In this document: positions 1-8,774 of the stretch, in pieces
Layout of the letters: each line of letters starts with the position of its first letter
Numbering within the stretch: position 1 is the stretch's first letter
Source of the DNA: Armatimonadota bacterium
GTDB taxonomy: Bacteria; Armatimonadota; Zipacnadia; Zipacnadales; UBA5352
Length of the DNA stretch: 28,759 nt
NCBI GenBank assembly: GCA_034722055.1
Contig: JAYENL010000211.1
Span: 1-28,759, forward strand
Direction: 5' to 3'
Made by a program: the position numbers and the translations under genes
Notes under the pieces: model-generated
The model's input: only the letters and a program-made list of their open reading frames with translations
What the model was told of the DNA's origin: nothing
Databases searched by the model: none

Positions 1-65
1 TGGGCGACGTGGAGGCCGCGGCCGCCAAGCGCGAGGCCCAGGGCTCCGAGGGCAGCGCGGAGTAG
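1..65 (+). CDS. 3' end of an upstream gene (partial, ...GDVEAAAAKREAQGSEGSAE*)
   Basis: Frame 3 is open with GC-rich host-like codons, ends at TAG 63-65 and is followed by a hairpin. Too short to identify; rpoC commonly precedes rpsL but this cannot be confirmed. Confidence 0.5.
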   Translation, partial: GDVEAAAAKREAQGSEGSAE

Positions 66-82
66 CCACCCACGACACGCGC

Positions 83-114
83 GGGGCCGCCGGGGCGCTC
101 CGGCGGCCCTCTTC
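83..114 (+). terminator. Putative intrinsic terminator of the upstream gene
   Basis: GGGCCGCCGG (84-93) pairs with CCGGCGGCCC (100-109); weak TCTTC tail. Confidence 0.5.
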
Positions 115-145
115 GCCAAACCGATTAGGAATCGGTTTGGCGAAG
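111..145. repeat. Perfect 16-bp inverted repeat
   Basis: CTTCGCCAAACCGATT-AGG-AATCGGTTTGGCGAAG. Confidence 0.9.
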
Positions 146-152
146 GCAATAC

Positions 153-181
153 TTGACATTACTTAACTCTTGAGTTAATAT
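153..181 (+). promoter_or_regulatory. Sigma70-type promoter of the TA module with a palindromic operator
   Basis: TTGACA (153-158), 17-bp spacer, TAATAT (176-181); palindrome TTAACTC-TT-GAGTTAA (163-178) overlaps the spacer and -10. Confidence 0.75.
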
Positions 182-196
182 GGTGCCCGTAAGCGG

Positions 197-619
197 TTGG
201 TCCTCGAGACTGGATCGTTCATGCTTGAGCGGGAACTCATCGAGGATGGCTTCGGATTCGTTGTTGTAGCTCTCAGGACGCGGGAGGGCCATCCTACTTT
301 GTACGACGAGTTCGTTCAGGACGAGTTGAGGGAAGACGAGCAGCAAAAGATCGATTATGCGGTCAGGCGTATGGCGCATTATGGTCCACCCCGCAACCCG
401 GAAAAGGGGCACCCGGTTACGAACCACCGTAATCTCTACGTTCTGAAGGAGCACCAGACGCGTGTGTTCTGGTTCTACACTGGCGAGAATCTGAAGGGAA
501 AGGGAATCATAGCCCTCACGCATGGGTTCAGGAAGAAGAGAGACAAGCCGCCTCCGCAGGAAATCCAACGAGCGGAGAACCTGAAGGCGCGGTACGCGGA
601 AGAGTTCTTGACAAAGTAG
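197..619 (+). CDS. Type II TA toxin, RelE/ParE superfamily (Gp49-like/HigB-like)
   Basis: C-terminal RVFWFY...IIALTHGFRKKRDKPPPQEIQRA matches the Gp49/RelE-like pattern; lies upstream of an XRE gene (toxin-first order). Start may be ATG 221. Confidence 0.8.
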   Translation: MVLETGSFMLERELIEDGFGFVVVALRTREGHPTLYDEFVQDELREDEQQKIDYAVRRMAHYGPPRNPEKGHPVTNHRNLYVLKEHQTRVFWFYTGENLKGKGIIALTHGFRKKRDKPPPQEIQRAENLKARYAEEFLTK

Positions 620-656
620 CTTCTCGTGGACGAGGAGGAGGACGAGGAGGCACCCC

Positions 657-1127
657 ATGAAGAAGTCTCGGGAATACCAGGAGCGCAAGGAGCGTTTCGA
701 GAGCGACCCTGATTACATCTTGCATGGGCTCCTGTACGACATCGCTGAGGACATCTATGCGGCCATGGAGGAGCGAGGATGGAGCCAAGCCGAGCTGGCT
801 AGGAAGGCCGCAATGAAACCGTCGTTCCTGAGTAGATTTCTCAACACGCCGTCGAATACTGAACTACGCACGATCGTCAGATTGGCGGTCGCGCTTGGCC
901 TGAGGTATGAGCATCGCTTCACGCCGGAGAAGGGGACCATGCGCGCGGCAAGGGAGGATATTGCTGGCCGAGTGCAGGAGAAGATTGACGTCATGCGGGC
1001 CAGTCTCGGTTTGGCGCCGGGCGAGCGTTGGGAGCCCGGCGAGTACATGCAGCCCGGAGTCCCGGCACATGCACTCGACGAAGAGGAGGACGGAGATGAC
1101 GATCCTGAGCTCGACGCAGTTGCATAG
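657..1127 (+). CDS. XRE/HTH antitoxin (HigA-like) with C-terminal extension
   Basis: MEERGWSQAELARKAAMKPSFLSRFLN...TIVRLAVAL is an HTH_3-like domain; GAGGAGG SD; about 65-aa tail ending in DEEEDGDDDPELDAVA. Confidence 0.85.
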   Translation: MKKSREYQERKERFESDPDYILHGLLYDIAEDIYAAMEERGWSQAELARKAAMKPSFLSRFLNTPSNTELRTIVRLAVALGLRYEHRFTPEKGTMRAAREDIAGRVQEKIDVMRASLGLAPGERWEPGEYMQPGVPAHALDEEEDGDDDPELDAVA

Positions 1128-1611
1128 CTTCAGGCTGTCTGATCTCCGTGTGGACTACAACGACAACTGGATCTGGGCTGAGGAGAGCGCACGGCGCGGC
1201 GAGGCGTATGATGTTGCGCCGGACTACGAGGTCTTCTGGTCTGACGAAGGCGATGCGCTCGTAATGCTCACCGTCAAGTGCGTGGCCTCCAAGGAGGCTA
1301 AGGGAGCATGTCGGTTCCGTGAGGTCAGTGCGACAGGATGGGGCATACTGAGTTTTGGCGACGAAGTAGAGGAAGATGAGCGGGAACGGCGAGCGTACAT
1401 CAACGGACCCGCGATGCTCCACGGAATGCTTCGCGGGGTGATCAACTCCGCCACGGGGTCTTGCGTCGGAGGCCCTTTCATACTCCCGACGGTGAACTAC
1501 CTTGAGGTCTTCAAGCGGAAGGCCGAGCAGCTTTCGCTTTCCGACCTCGAGGAGGAAGAGCAGGCCGGAATCGAGGACGACGCCACCGAGGCCGCTGGAG
1601 TCAATGAGTAG
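1096..1611 (+). CDS. SecB-like chaperone
   Basis: ATG 1096 after GAGGAGGACGGAG, overlapping the antitoxin end; NGPAMLHGMLRGVINSATGSCVGGPFILPTVNY resembles the SecB C-terminal helix and LxPVNF region; acidic tail. Confidence 0.75.
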   Translation: MTILSSTQLHSFRLSDLRVDYNDNWIWAEESARRGEAYDVAPDYEVFWSDEGDALVMLTVKCVASKEAKGACRFREVSATGWGILSFGDEVEEDERERRAYINGPAMLHGMLRGVINSATGSCVGGPFILPTVNYLEVFKRKAEQLSLSDLEEEEQAGIEDDATEAAGVNE

Positions 1612-1690
1612 TTTCTCAGTCGTGTGGCAGGTCACCTAAGTTGAGTGATGACTGATGATCTAACGCAAAAAGCTGGCGCAGAAAACGGCC

Positions 1691-1720
1691 TTGACAGGAC
1701 GGGCGCGGGTCAGATATAAT
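1691..1720 (+). promoter_or_regulatory. Consensus sigma70 promoter of the str/S10 superoperon
   Basis: TTGACA (1691-1696), 18-bp spacer, TATAAT (1715-1720). Confidence 0.85.
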
Positions 1721-1724
1721 ACAT

Positions 1725-2050
1725 GCTTGCCGCGCGGGCAAGCGGGTCACACTTCGCGCGTAACCCAGGGACCTCGTGGCCGCGAACTGCCCGATGCGGT
1801 TCTTTGCGGTGGGGCTGGGGAAAACAGGGGCTGGCTTGCGACGCACTCGTGACCGGCCACGCAACTGACAAAGGGGCGCACGCCAAGGCAAGGATCTGAC
1901 CCAAACCACGGTGCCTGCTGACCGTGGCAGGTGCCTTCAGCGGCGATGCTTATTGAGGGCCCCTCAGGTGCGAGGGGTTTTTTGCGTCTCGCCAGTCGAG
2001 CCTTCGCGGTGCCGAGTCGAGGCCAAGCAGCGACGTGAAAGGGAGCGACT
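1725..2050 (+). promoter_or_regulatory. Long structured rpsL 5' leader (putative attenuator)
   Basis: About 325 nt between promoter and ATG; hairpin 1725-1743, pseudoknot-capable 1906-1935, terminator 1959-1983. Confidence 0.55.
1959..1983 (+). terminator. Intrinsic terminator inside the rpsL leader
   Basis: GCCCCTC-AGGTGC-GAGGGGT followed by TTTTT. Confidence 0.65.
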
Positions 2051-2464
2051 ATGCCCACAATCAACCAACTGGTGCGTAAGGGCCGAGAGAAGAAGCGGAA
2101 GAAGCAGAAGGCGCCCGCGCTGAAGTACAACTGGAACGCCATCAAGCGGAAGTCCACGAAGGTTGATGGCGCTCCGCAGCGGCGGGGCGTGGTCACCCGC
2201 GTGTGGGCGCAGACCCCCAAGAAGCCCAACTCCGCCCTGCGCAAGGTGTGCCGGGTCCGGCTGTTCAACCGCCAGGAGGTCACGGCCTACATCCCCGGCG
2301 AGGGGCACAACGTGGCGCCGCACAGCATCGTGCTGGTCCGCGGCGGGCGCGTCAAGGACCTCAACTCCGTGAAGTACCACGTGGTGCGCGGCACCCTGGA
2401 TGTGGCGGGGGTCGAGGACCGCCGCCAGGCACGCTCCAAGTACGGGACCAAGAAGCCGGATTAG
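2051..2464 (+). CDS. rpsL: 30S ribosomal protein S12
   Basis: [40 protein letters not shown]. Confidence 0.99.
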   Translation: MPTINQLVRKGREKKRKKQKAPALKYNWNAIKRKSTKVDGAPQRRGVVTRVWAQTPKKPNSALRKVCRVRLFNRQEVTAYIPGEGHNVAPHSIVLVRGGRVKDLNSVKYHVVRGTLDVAGVEDRRQARSKYGTKKPD

Positions 2465-2521
2465 GCCGGCCGCAGGCGCTAGCGTCGATGGTCGTACCAG
2501 GCCGAAAAGAGGTGCATGCGA

Positions 2522-2992
2522 TTGCCCAGGAAGGGCCCCGCTCCGAAGCGTGAGCTGAAGCCGGACGAGGTGTTCGGCAGCCGTCTGGTGACGCGGTTCA
2601 TCAACAAGATCCTCCAGCGCGGCAACAAGTCGGCCGCCGAGAAGATCTTCTACGGCGCCATGCAGCTCATCGCCGAGCGCAGTGGCGAGAACCCGCTGGT
2701 GGTTGTGCGGAACGCGCTGCGTAACGTCATGCCCAGTCTGGAGGTGCGCCCGCGCCGCGTGGGCGGGGCCACCTATCAGGTGCCGGTGGAGGTTGATACG
2801 CGCCGGCAGCTCACGCTGGCGGTACGCTGGATTGTCACCGCCGCACGGGGGCGGGCGGAGCGCAGCATGGTGGAGCGGTTCGCGAACGAGCTGATGGACG
2901 CCTCCAACCGCGAGGGGGCCGCCGTCCGCCGCCGCGAGGAGATGCACCGCATGGCCGAGGCCAACAAGGCCTACGCGCACTACCGCTGGTAG
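2522..2992 (+). CDS. rpsG: 30S ribosomal protein S7
   Basis: PRKGP..., [29 protein letters not shown] start 7 nt after GAGGTG (ATG 2516 is too close to the SD). Confidence 0.98.
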   Translation: MPRKGPAPKRELKPDEVFGSRLVTRFINKILQRGNKSAAEKIFYGAMQLIAERSGENPLVVVRNALRNVMPSLEVRPRRVGGATYQVPVEVDTRRQLTLAVRWIVTAARGRAERSMVERFANELMDASNREGAAVRRREEMHRMAEANKAYAHYRW

Positions 2993-3077
2993 GCAGCCCC
3001 GGCCGCCGCTGGAATCGATGCATCCGATCGGCCAGTGGCCGTTGACATACAGTCGCCGCACTCACGGGTGAAGCAAG

Positions 3078-5144
3078 TTGTCGTTCGAGCAGACGCTGAG
3101 AAAAACCAGGAACATCGGCTTCGCCGCCCACATCGACGCGGGGAAGACCACCACCACCGAGCGCATCCTCTACTACACGGGGAAGGTGCATCGGATGGGG
3201 GAGGTCCATGACGGCGACGCCACGATGGACTGGATGGAGCAGGAGATGGAGCGGGGGATCACCATCACCTCCGCCGCCACCACCTGCAACTGGAAGGACC
3301 ATCGCATCAACATCATCGACACGCCGGGGCACGTGGACTTCACGGTGGAGGTGGAGCGGTCCCTGCGGGTGCTCGACGGCGTGGTAGTCATCTTCTGCGC
3401 CGTCGGCGGGGTGCAGCCGCAGTCCGAGACGGTGTGGCGGCAGGCCACCAAGTACAACGTTCCGCGGCTGGCGTTCGTGAACAAGATGGACCGCATCGGC
3501 GCCGACTTTCATGATGTGCTGCACGAGATGCGCAAGCGTCTGGGCGCCGAGGCCGTTGCCATTCAGCTTCCCATCGGCAAGGAGGACGCCCATCGGGGCA
3601 TCATCGACCTCATCGAGCAGAGGGCCTGGGAGTTCTCGGACGAGGAGGACGTGCCGCCCCGGGAGGTCGAGATGCCTGCGAACATGCGGGACATGGTGGA
3701 CGCCTTCCGGGAGCACCTGGTGGTGAGTCTGGCGGACATCAACCCCGACCTGGAGGAGAAGTTCTTCGCCGGCGAGGAGCCGACGCCGGAGGAGATGTGG
3801 GAGACCATCCGGCGGGCCACCATCGCCTGCGAGCTGGTGCCGGTCATGTGCGGGGCGGCCTTCAAGAATAAGGGCATTCAGCCACTGCTGGACGCTATCG
3901 TGCGCTACCTGCCCTCGCCGATCGACGTTCCGCCGGTGGTGGGCGAGCATCCCGAGACCGGTGAGGAGCTGAGCCGGGCGCCGGATCCGGAGGAGCCCTT
4001 CAGCGCCCTGGCCTTCAAGGTGGCCGTGGACCCCTTCGTGGGCCACATCACCTACATCCGGTGCTACTCGGGCTCGGCGAAGATGGGCGATCGGCTGCTC
4101 AACGCGGACAACGGTCGCAAGGAGCGCATCACGCGGCTTCTGCGCATGCACGCCAATCGGCGCGAGGACATCGAGCAGATCGGCCCCGGCGACATCGTTG
4201 CCGCAGTGGGCCTTGACAACACCACCACCGGTGACACGCTCACGGCCCTGAACGCCCCCATCGTGCTGGAGCGGATGACCTTCCCCGAGCCGGTCATCTC
4301 CATGGTCATCGAGCCCAGGTCACAGGCCGACGAGGATAGGCTGGGAGGGGCCCTGAGGCGCCTGACCATGGAGGATCCCACGCTGCGGCTGGAGACGGAC
4401 ACGGAGACCGGTCAGCAGCTCATCTCGGGCATGGGGGAGCTGCACCTGGAAGTGGTTGTGGACCGCCTGCGGCGGGAGTTCGACGCCGAGGCCAACATCG
4501 GCCGGCCCCGCGTGGCCTACCGGGAGACCATCCGGCAGCCCGCCGAGGGCGAGGGCCGGTTCGTGAAGCAGACGGGGGGCCGGGGGCAGTACGGGCACGT
4601 GATACTGCGGCTGGAGCCCGTCGGAACCGACACGAAGCTGGAGTACGAGGATGAGAGCAAGGGGGACAAGATCCCGGAGGAGTTCAAGTCGGCGGTGGAG
4701 TCGGGCGTGGTGGAGGCCATGGGGGGAGGGACGCTGGCCGGCTATCCGGCGGTGGGGATCCGCTGCACGGTGCTGGGCGGGTCGTTCCACGAGGTGGACT
4801 CCTCGGAGGTGGCCTTCAAGATCGCGGCCGGCCAGGCCTTTCAGCGGGCCTTCGACCGCGGCCGGCCGGTGCTGCTGGAGCCGGTGATGGCGGCGGAGGT
4901 CGTCACTCCCGAGCAGTACTTCGGGGACGTGCTCAACGATCTGACGACCCGCCGGGCGCAGATCGTGGAGGTGAAGGCCACGGCCGGGGACACGCGCACG
5001 ATCGAGCTGAAGGTGCCGCTGGCGAACATGTTCGGGTACGCCACAGCCCTGCGGTCCCTGACGCAGGGGCGCGCGACGTATACCATGGAGCCGGATCGCT
5101 ACCAGCCGGTCCCTGAGGAGCAGCAGCAGGAGCTGGTGAGCTGA
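3078..5144 (+). CDS. fusA: Elongation factor G (canonical)
   Basis: [45 protein letters not shown] start. Confidence 0.99.
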   Translation: MSFEQTLRKTRNIGFAAHIDAGKTTTTERILYYTGKVHRMGEVHDGDATMDWMEQEMERGITITSAATTCNWKDHRINIIDTPGHVDFTVEVERSLRVLDGVVVIFCAVGGVQPQSETVWRQATKYNVPRLAFVNKMDRIGADFHDVLHEMRKRLGAEAVAIQLPIGKEDAHRGIIDLIEQRAWEFSDEEDVPPREVEMPANMRDMVDAFREHLVVSLADINPDLEEKFFAGEEPTPEEMWETIRRATIACELVPVMCGAAFKNKGIQPLLDAIVRYLPSPIDVPPVVGEHPETGEELSRAPDPEEPFSALAFKVAVDPFVGHITYIRCYSGSAKMGDRLLNADNGRKERITRLLRMHANRREDIEQIGPGDIVAAVGLDNTTTGDTLTALNAPIVLERMTFPEPVISMVIEPRSQADEDRLGGALRRLTMEDPTLRLETDTETGQQLISGMGELHLEVVVDRLRREFDAEANIGRPRVAYRETIRQPAEGEGRFVKQTGGRGQYGHVILRLEPVGTDTKLEYEDESKGDKIPEEFKSAVESGVVEAMGGGTLAGYPAVGIRCTVLGGSFHEVDSSEVAFKIAAGQAFQRAFDRGRPVLLEPVMAAEVVTPEQYFGDVLNDLTTRRAQIVEVKATAGDTRTIELKVPLANMFGYATALRSLTQGRATYTMEPDRYQPVPEEQQQELVS

Positions 5145-5192
5145 GCGGCGGGCGCACGCTTCGTGGGCGACGAGCCCGGAGGGATAGGCACA

Positions 5193-5519
5193 ATGGCCCA
5201 GGAGAACAAGATCAGGATCAAGCTCAATGCGTTCGACCACAAGCTGCTGGACCGGTCGGCGCAGAAGATCGTGGAGACGGCGGAGCGCACCGGCGCCAAG
5301 GTCTCCGGGCCCATCCCGCTGCCCACCGAGAAGCACGTACACTGCGTGGTGAAGCCCACGGCGCTGGGCCGGGCCTCCCGCACCATGGAGCACTTCGAGA
5401 TCCGAGTGCACAAGCGGCTGATCGACATCCTGGCTTCGACGACGCGCACCGTTGACGCCCTCATGAAGCTGGATCTGCCCGGCGGGGTTGACGTGGCCAT
5501 CAAGGCCTACACATCGTGA
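5193..5519 (+). CDS. rpsJ: 30S ribosomal protein S10
   Basis: [29 protein letters not shown]; central loop is divergent. Confidence 0.98.
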   Translation: MAQENKIRIKLNAFDHKLLDRSAQKIVETAERTGAKVSGPIPLPTEKHVHCVVKPTALGRASRTMEHFEIRVHKRLIDILASTTRTVDALMKLDLPGGVDVAIKAYTS

Positions 5520-5551
5520 GCGCAGATGACGGGCGGTAGTTGGTGACAGCC

Positions 5552-6193
5552 ATGCCGAGAGGACTGCTAGGCAAGAAGGTGGGAATGACGCGGGTCTTCG
5601 ACGAGGCCGGCCAGTCGGTGCCGGTCACCGTCGTGGAGGCCGGTCCCTGCGTGGTGGTGCAGTGCAAGACCGCGGAGACGGACGGCTACGAGGCCGTGCA
5701 GCTCGGCTTCGAGCAGGTGCCGCCTCACAAGGTCAACGAGCCCATGCTGGGGCACTTCATGTCCCGGAACGTCGAGCCCCATCGCTACCTGAGGGAGTTC
5801 GGCCTGCGGGATGACGAGGAGCTGGAGCCGGGCAGCACCGTGACGGTGGAGATCTTCCAGGAGGGCCAGCTCGTGGAGGTCAGCGGCACCTCCAAGGGCC
5901 GGGGCTTCGCGGGCGGCATGCGGCGCCACGGGTTCAAGGGCGGGCCGGCCAGCCACGGCTCCAAGGTCCATCGCACGCCCCAGTCCGCCGGCGCCACCGA
6001 CGCCCAGCGGGTCTTCCCGGGCAAGCGCAGCCCAGGACACATGGGCGCTGAGCGCGTCACGACGAGGGGGCTGCAGGTGGTGCAGGTGGATGCCGAGCGC
6101 AACGTGCTGCTGATCAAGGGCGCCGTGCCCGGGCCGCGGGGCGGGCTGGTGGAGATCACGATGCAGTCGCCGGCCGAGGGAGGCGATGGGTGA
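5552..6193 (+). CDS. rplC: 50S ribosomal protein L3
   Basis: GLLGKKVGMT, GTSKGRGFAG, GGPASHGS, IKGAVPG. Confidence 0.99.
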   Translation: MPRGLLGKKVGMTRVFDEAGQSVPVTVVEAGPCVVVQCKTAETDGYEAVQLGFEQVPPHKVNEPMLGHFMSRNVEPHRYLREFGLRDDEELEPGSTVTVEIFQEGQLVEVSGTSKGRGFAGGMRRHGFKGGPASHGSKVHRTPQSAGATDAQRVFPGKRSPGHMGAERVTTRGLQVVQVDAERNVLLIKGAVPGPRGGLVEITMQSPAEGGDG

Positions 6194-6831
6194 TGCCCGA
6201 GGTGGCCCTCTACGACAAGCAGGGCGAGAAGGTGGGCCAGGTGGAGCTGTCGGACGACATCTTCGGCGCCACGGTCAACCACGACCTCATCCACCAGGCG
6301 GTGGTGAGGGTCGAGCAGGAGATGAACCAGGACTCGGCGCGGACGCTGGGGCGCGCGGACGTCCGCATGACGGGAGCGAAGTGGTACCGGCAGAAGGGCA
6401 CCGGTCGGGCCCGGCACGGGCCGCAGTCAGCGCCGCTGTTCGTGGGCGGCGGCGTGGCTCACGGCCCCCGGCGGGCGAGGCGCACGCCCAAGATGGGCCG
6501 CCGGATGCGGCGCAATGCCCTGGCGGCGGCGCTCTCGGCCAAGCTCTACGAGGCCGCCATCATGATCGTTAACGAGGTAAGCATGGAGGAGATCTCCACT
6601 CGTCAGTTCGTGCATATGCTGGAGGACCTGGGGGCGGAGGGCCGGACGCTGATGCTGCTGGGCAGCGACGAGGCCCGGGACGAGAAGGTCTACAAGTCCG
6701 GGCGCAACATCCCGGACCTGATCATGCGCGAGTCCCCGCACATCAACGCCCGGGACGTCATCTGGGCGGAGAACATCATCATCAGCCAGGCCGGGCTGGA
6801 GGCGCTGAGCGAGGTGTGTGCCGATGCTTAG
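6193..6831 (+). CDS. rplD: 50S ribosomal protein L4
   Basis: KWYRQKGTGRARHG, GGGVAHGP; TGATG overlap with rplC. Confidence 0.98.
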   Translation: MPEVALYDKQGEKVGQVELSDDIFGATVNHDLIHQAVVRVEQEMNQDSARTLGRADVRMTGAKWYRQKGTGRARHGPQSAPLFVGGGVAHGPRRARRTPKMGRRMRRNALAAALSAKLYEAAIMIVNEVSMEEISTRQFVHMLEDLGAEGRTLMLLGSDEARDEKVYKSGRNIPDLIMRESPHINARDVIWAENIIISQAGLEALSEVCADA

Positions 6832-7141
6832 CACCGAGCAGATGAACTACTACCGCCAGATCATCCGCAGGCCGGTGGTCACCGAGAAGAGCATGCGGAT
6901 GTCCGACCAGCACCACGTTTACACCTTCGAGGTGGCGCCGGAGGCGAACAAGGTGGAGATCCGGCGGGCCATCGAGGGCATGTTCGACGTGACGGTGACC
7001 AAGGTCAACACCATGCGGGTGGTCGGCAAGAAGCGCCAGCGCAGCTTCCGCCACGGCGCCGGCCGCACCGCGGAGCGGAAGAAGGCCATCGTCTTCCTGG
7101 CGCCCGGCGACACCATCGACGTGGTGGAGATGGGCGGCTGA
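6824..7141 (+). CDS. rplW: 50S ribosomal protein L23
   Basis: [36 protein letters not shown]. Confidence 0.97.
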   Translation: MLSTEQMNYYRQIIRRPVVTEKSMRMSDQHHVYTFEVAPEANKVEIRRAIEGMFDVTVTKVNTMRVVGKKRQRSFRHGAGRTAERKKAIVFLAPGDTIDVVEMGG

Positions 7142-7190
7142 TGCAGAGGCGACGGAGCTGCGCGCAGGGACACACGGGAGAGTGCGACCG

Positions 7191-8030
7191 ATGGCACTGA
7201 AGCACCACAAGCCGACGACACCAGGAGAGCGGCAGCATATCGACGCCGACCGCTCCAAGGTCAGCAAGAAGAAGCCGGAGCGGAGTCTCGTTACGGGCCG
7301 TCGCAGCAGCAAGTCCGGCGGCCGCAACACCGATGGCGGCATCACGGTCCGGCACAGAGGGGGCGGGCACAAGCGCCGGCTGCGCGAGATCGACTTCAAG
7401 CGTGACAAGGACGGCGTGCCCGCCAAGGTGGCGGCCATCGAGTACGATCCGAACCGCTCGGCGTACATCGCGCTGCTGCACTACGCCGACGGCGAGAAGC
7501 GCTACATCATCGCCCCCGAGGGGGTGGATGAGGGGGCCACGGTGGTCTCCGGCCCCAAGGCCCCCATCCGGGCGGGCAACTGCCTGCCGCTGGGGAACAT
7601 CCCGGTGGGGAGCGTGATCCACTGCATCGAGCTCACGCCGGGACGGGGCGCGCAGCTTGCGCGCAGCGCCGGCGCCGAGGCCCGGTTCGTGGCCCAGGAG
7701 GGCACCTACGCCCTGATCCAACTGCCCTCGGGCGAGATGCGGATGGTTGACGCCCGCTGCCGGGCCACCATCGGCCGGGTGGGCAACGCCGATCACGACA
7801 ACGTCTCTCTGGGCAAGGCGGGGCGCAAGCGCTGGAAGGGCGTCAGGCCCACCGTCCGGGGTTCGGCGATGAACCCGGTGGATCATCCTCACGGCGGCGG
7901 GGAGGGCAAGGCGCCCATCGGCCATGACAGCCCCCGCAGTCCGTGGGGCAAGCGCACGCTGGGCAAGCGCACGCGCAAGCGCAGCAAGCCCTCGGACCGT
8001 TTCATCGTCCGGCGGCGCTACGGGCGGTAA
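7191..8030 (+). CDS. rplB: 50S ribosomal protein L2
   Basis: [35 protein letters not shown]. Confidence 0.99.
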   Translation: MALKHHKPTTPGERQHIDADRSKVSKKKPERSLVTGRRSSKSGGRNTDGGITVRHRGGGHKRRLREIDFKRDKDGVPAKVAAIEYDPNRSAYIALLHYADGEKRYIIAPEGVDEGATVVSGPKAPIRAGNCLPLGNIPVGSVIHCIELTPGRGAQLARSAGAEARFVAQEGTYALIQLPSGEMRMVDARCRATIGRVGNADHDNVSLGKAGRKRWKGVRPTVRGSAMNPVDHPHGGGEGKAPIGHDSPRSPWGKRTLGKRTRKRSKPSDRFIVRRRYGR

Positions 8031-8061
8031 GCAGCCTGAGCAACAGGAGCGAGGGGAGCCA

Positions 8062-8367
8062 ATGGCACGATCAATCAAGAAGGGACCGTTTGCCGACGAG
8101 CACCTGCTCGGGAAGGTCCGCGAGATGAACCAGATCGGGGAGAAGCGCATCATCCGCACCTGGTCGCGGCGCTCGACGATCTTCCCGGAGATGGTGGGGC
8201 ACACCATCGCGGTCTACGACGGGCGGAAGCACGTGCCCGTGTACATCACCGAGAACATGGTCGGACACAAGCTCGGGGAGTTCGCGCCGACTCGGACCTA
8301 CCGGGGGATGCGGCCCGGTCGGCCCGGGGAGCGGCTCACCCGCGTGGCCGCCGACGAGCGGGAGTAA
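8062..8367 (+). CDS. rpsS: 30S ribosomal protein S19
   Basis: [31 protein letters not shown]. Confidence 0.99.
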   Translation: MARSIKKGPFADEHLLGKVREMNQIGEKRIIRTWSRRSTIFPEMVGHTIAVYDGRKHVPVYITENMVGHKLGEFAPTRTYRGMRPGRPGERLTRVAADERE

Positions 8368-8382
8368 ACGGGAGGCTGCACG

Positions 8383-8736
8383 ATGCAGGTGAAGGCACAG
8401 GTGAAGTATCTGCGCCGGGGGCCGCGCAAGGTGCGGCGGTACGCGGAGCTGATCGTGGGCAAGGATCTTGATGAGGCGCGGGCGATCCTGGCCGTGCAGC
8501 GCAGCCCGGTCTGCCGGGAGATCGAGAAGGTGCTCGAATCGGCGGTCGCCAACGCTGAGAACAACTTCGGCCTCGACCCCGATGACCTGTGGGTGGAGAA
8601 GGCCTACGTGGATAAGGCCCTGACCATCCCCCGCATCAAGCCGCGGGCGCGCGGCCGGGCGGACAGGATCCAGAAGCGCACCTGCCACGTGACTATCGTC
8701 CTGGACGACGGTGAGGACGAGGAGAGCCAGCAGTAG
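8383..8736 (+). CDS. rplV: 50S ribosomal protein L22
   Basis: PRKVR, SAVANAENN, PRARGRADRIQKRTCHVTI. Confidence 0.98.
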   Translation: MQVKAQVKYLRRGPRKVRRYAELIVGKDLDEARAILAVQRSPVCREIEKVLESAVANAENNFGLDPDDLWVEKAYVDKALTIPRIKPRARGRADRIQKRTCHVTIVLDDGEDEESQQ

Positions 8737-8774
8737 CCGCCGCAGGCGGCAGAAGACCAGGGAGCTGACACTGG

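Noticed and set aside
907..1095. N-terminal extension of the SecB-like ORF in the ORF track
   Set aside because: Lies inside the antitoxin gene; ATG 1096 has a strong SD and gives a SecB-sized protein.
1723..1899. Possible 58-aa leader peptide ORF in the rpsL leader
   Set aside because: Its ATG is only 2 nt after the -10 box, upstream of the expected start site; no SD and no telling codon run.
1880..1985. T-box or known riboswitch in the rpsL leader
   Set aside because: No UGGNACC T-box bulge or aptamer consensus that I recognise; kept only as an unknown attenuator.
3042..3070. TTGACA between rpsG and fusA as an internal promoter
   Set aside because: No plausible -10 hexamer at 16-18 bp spacing.
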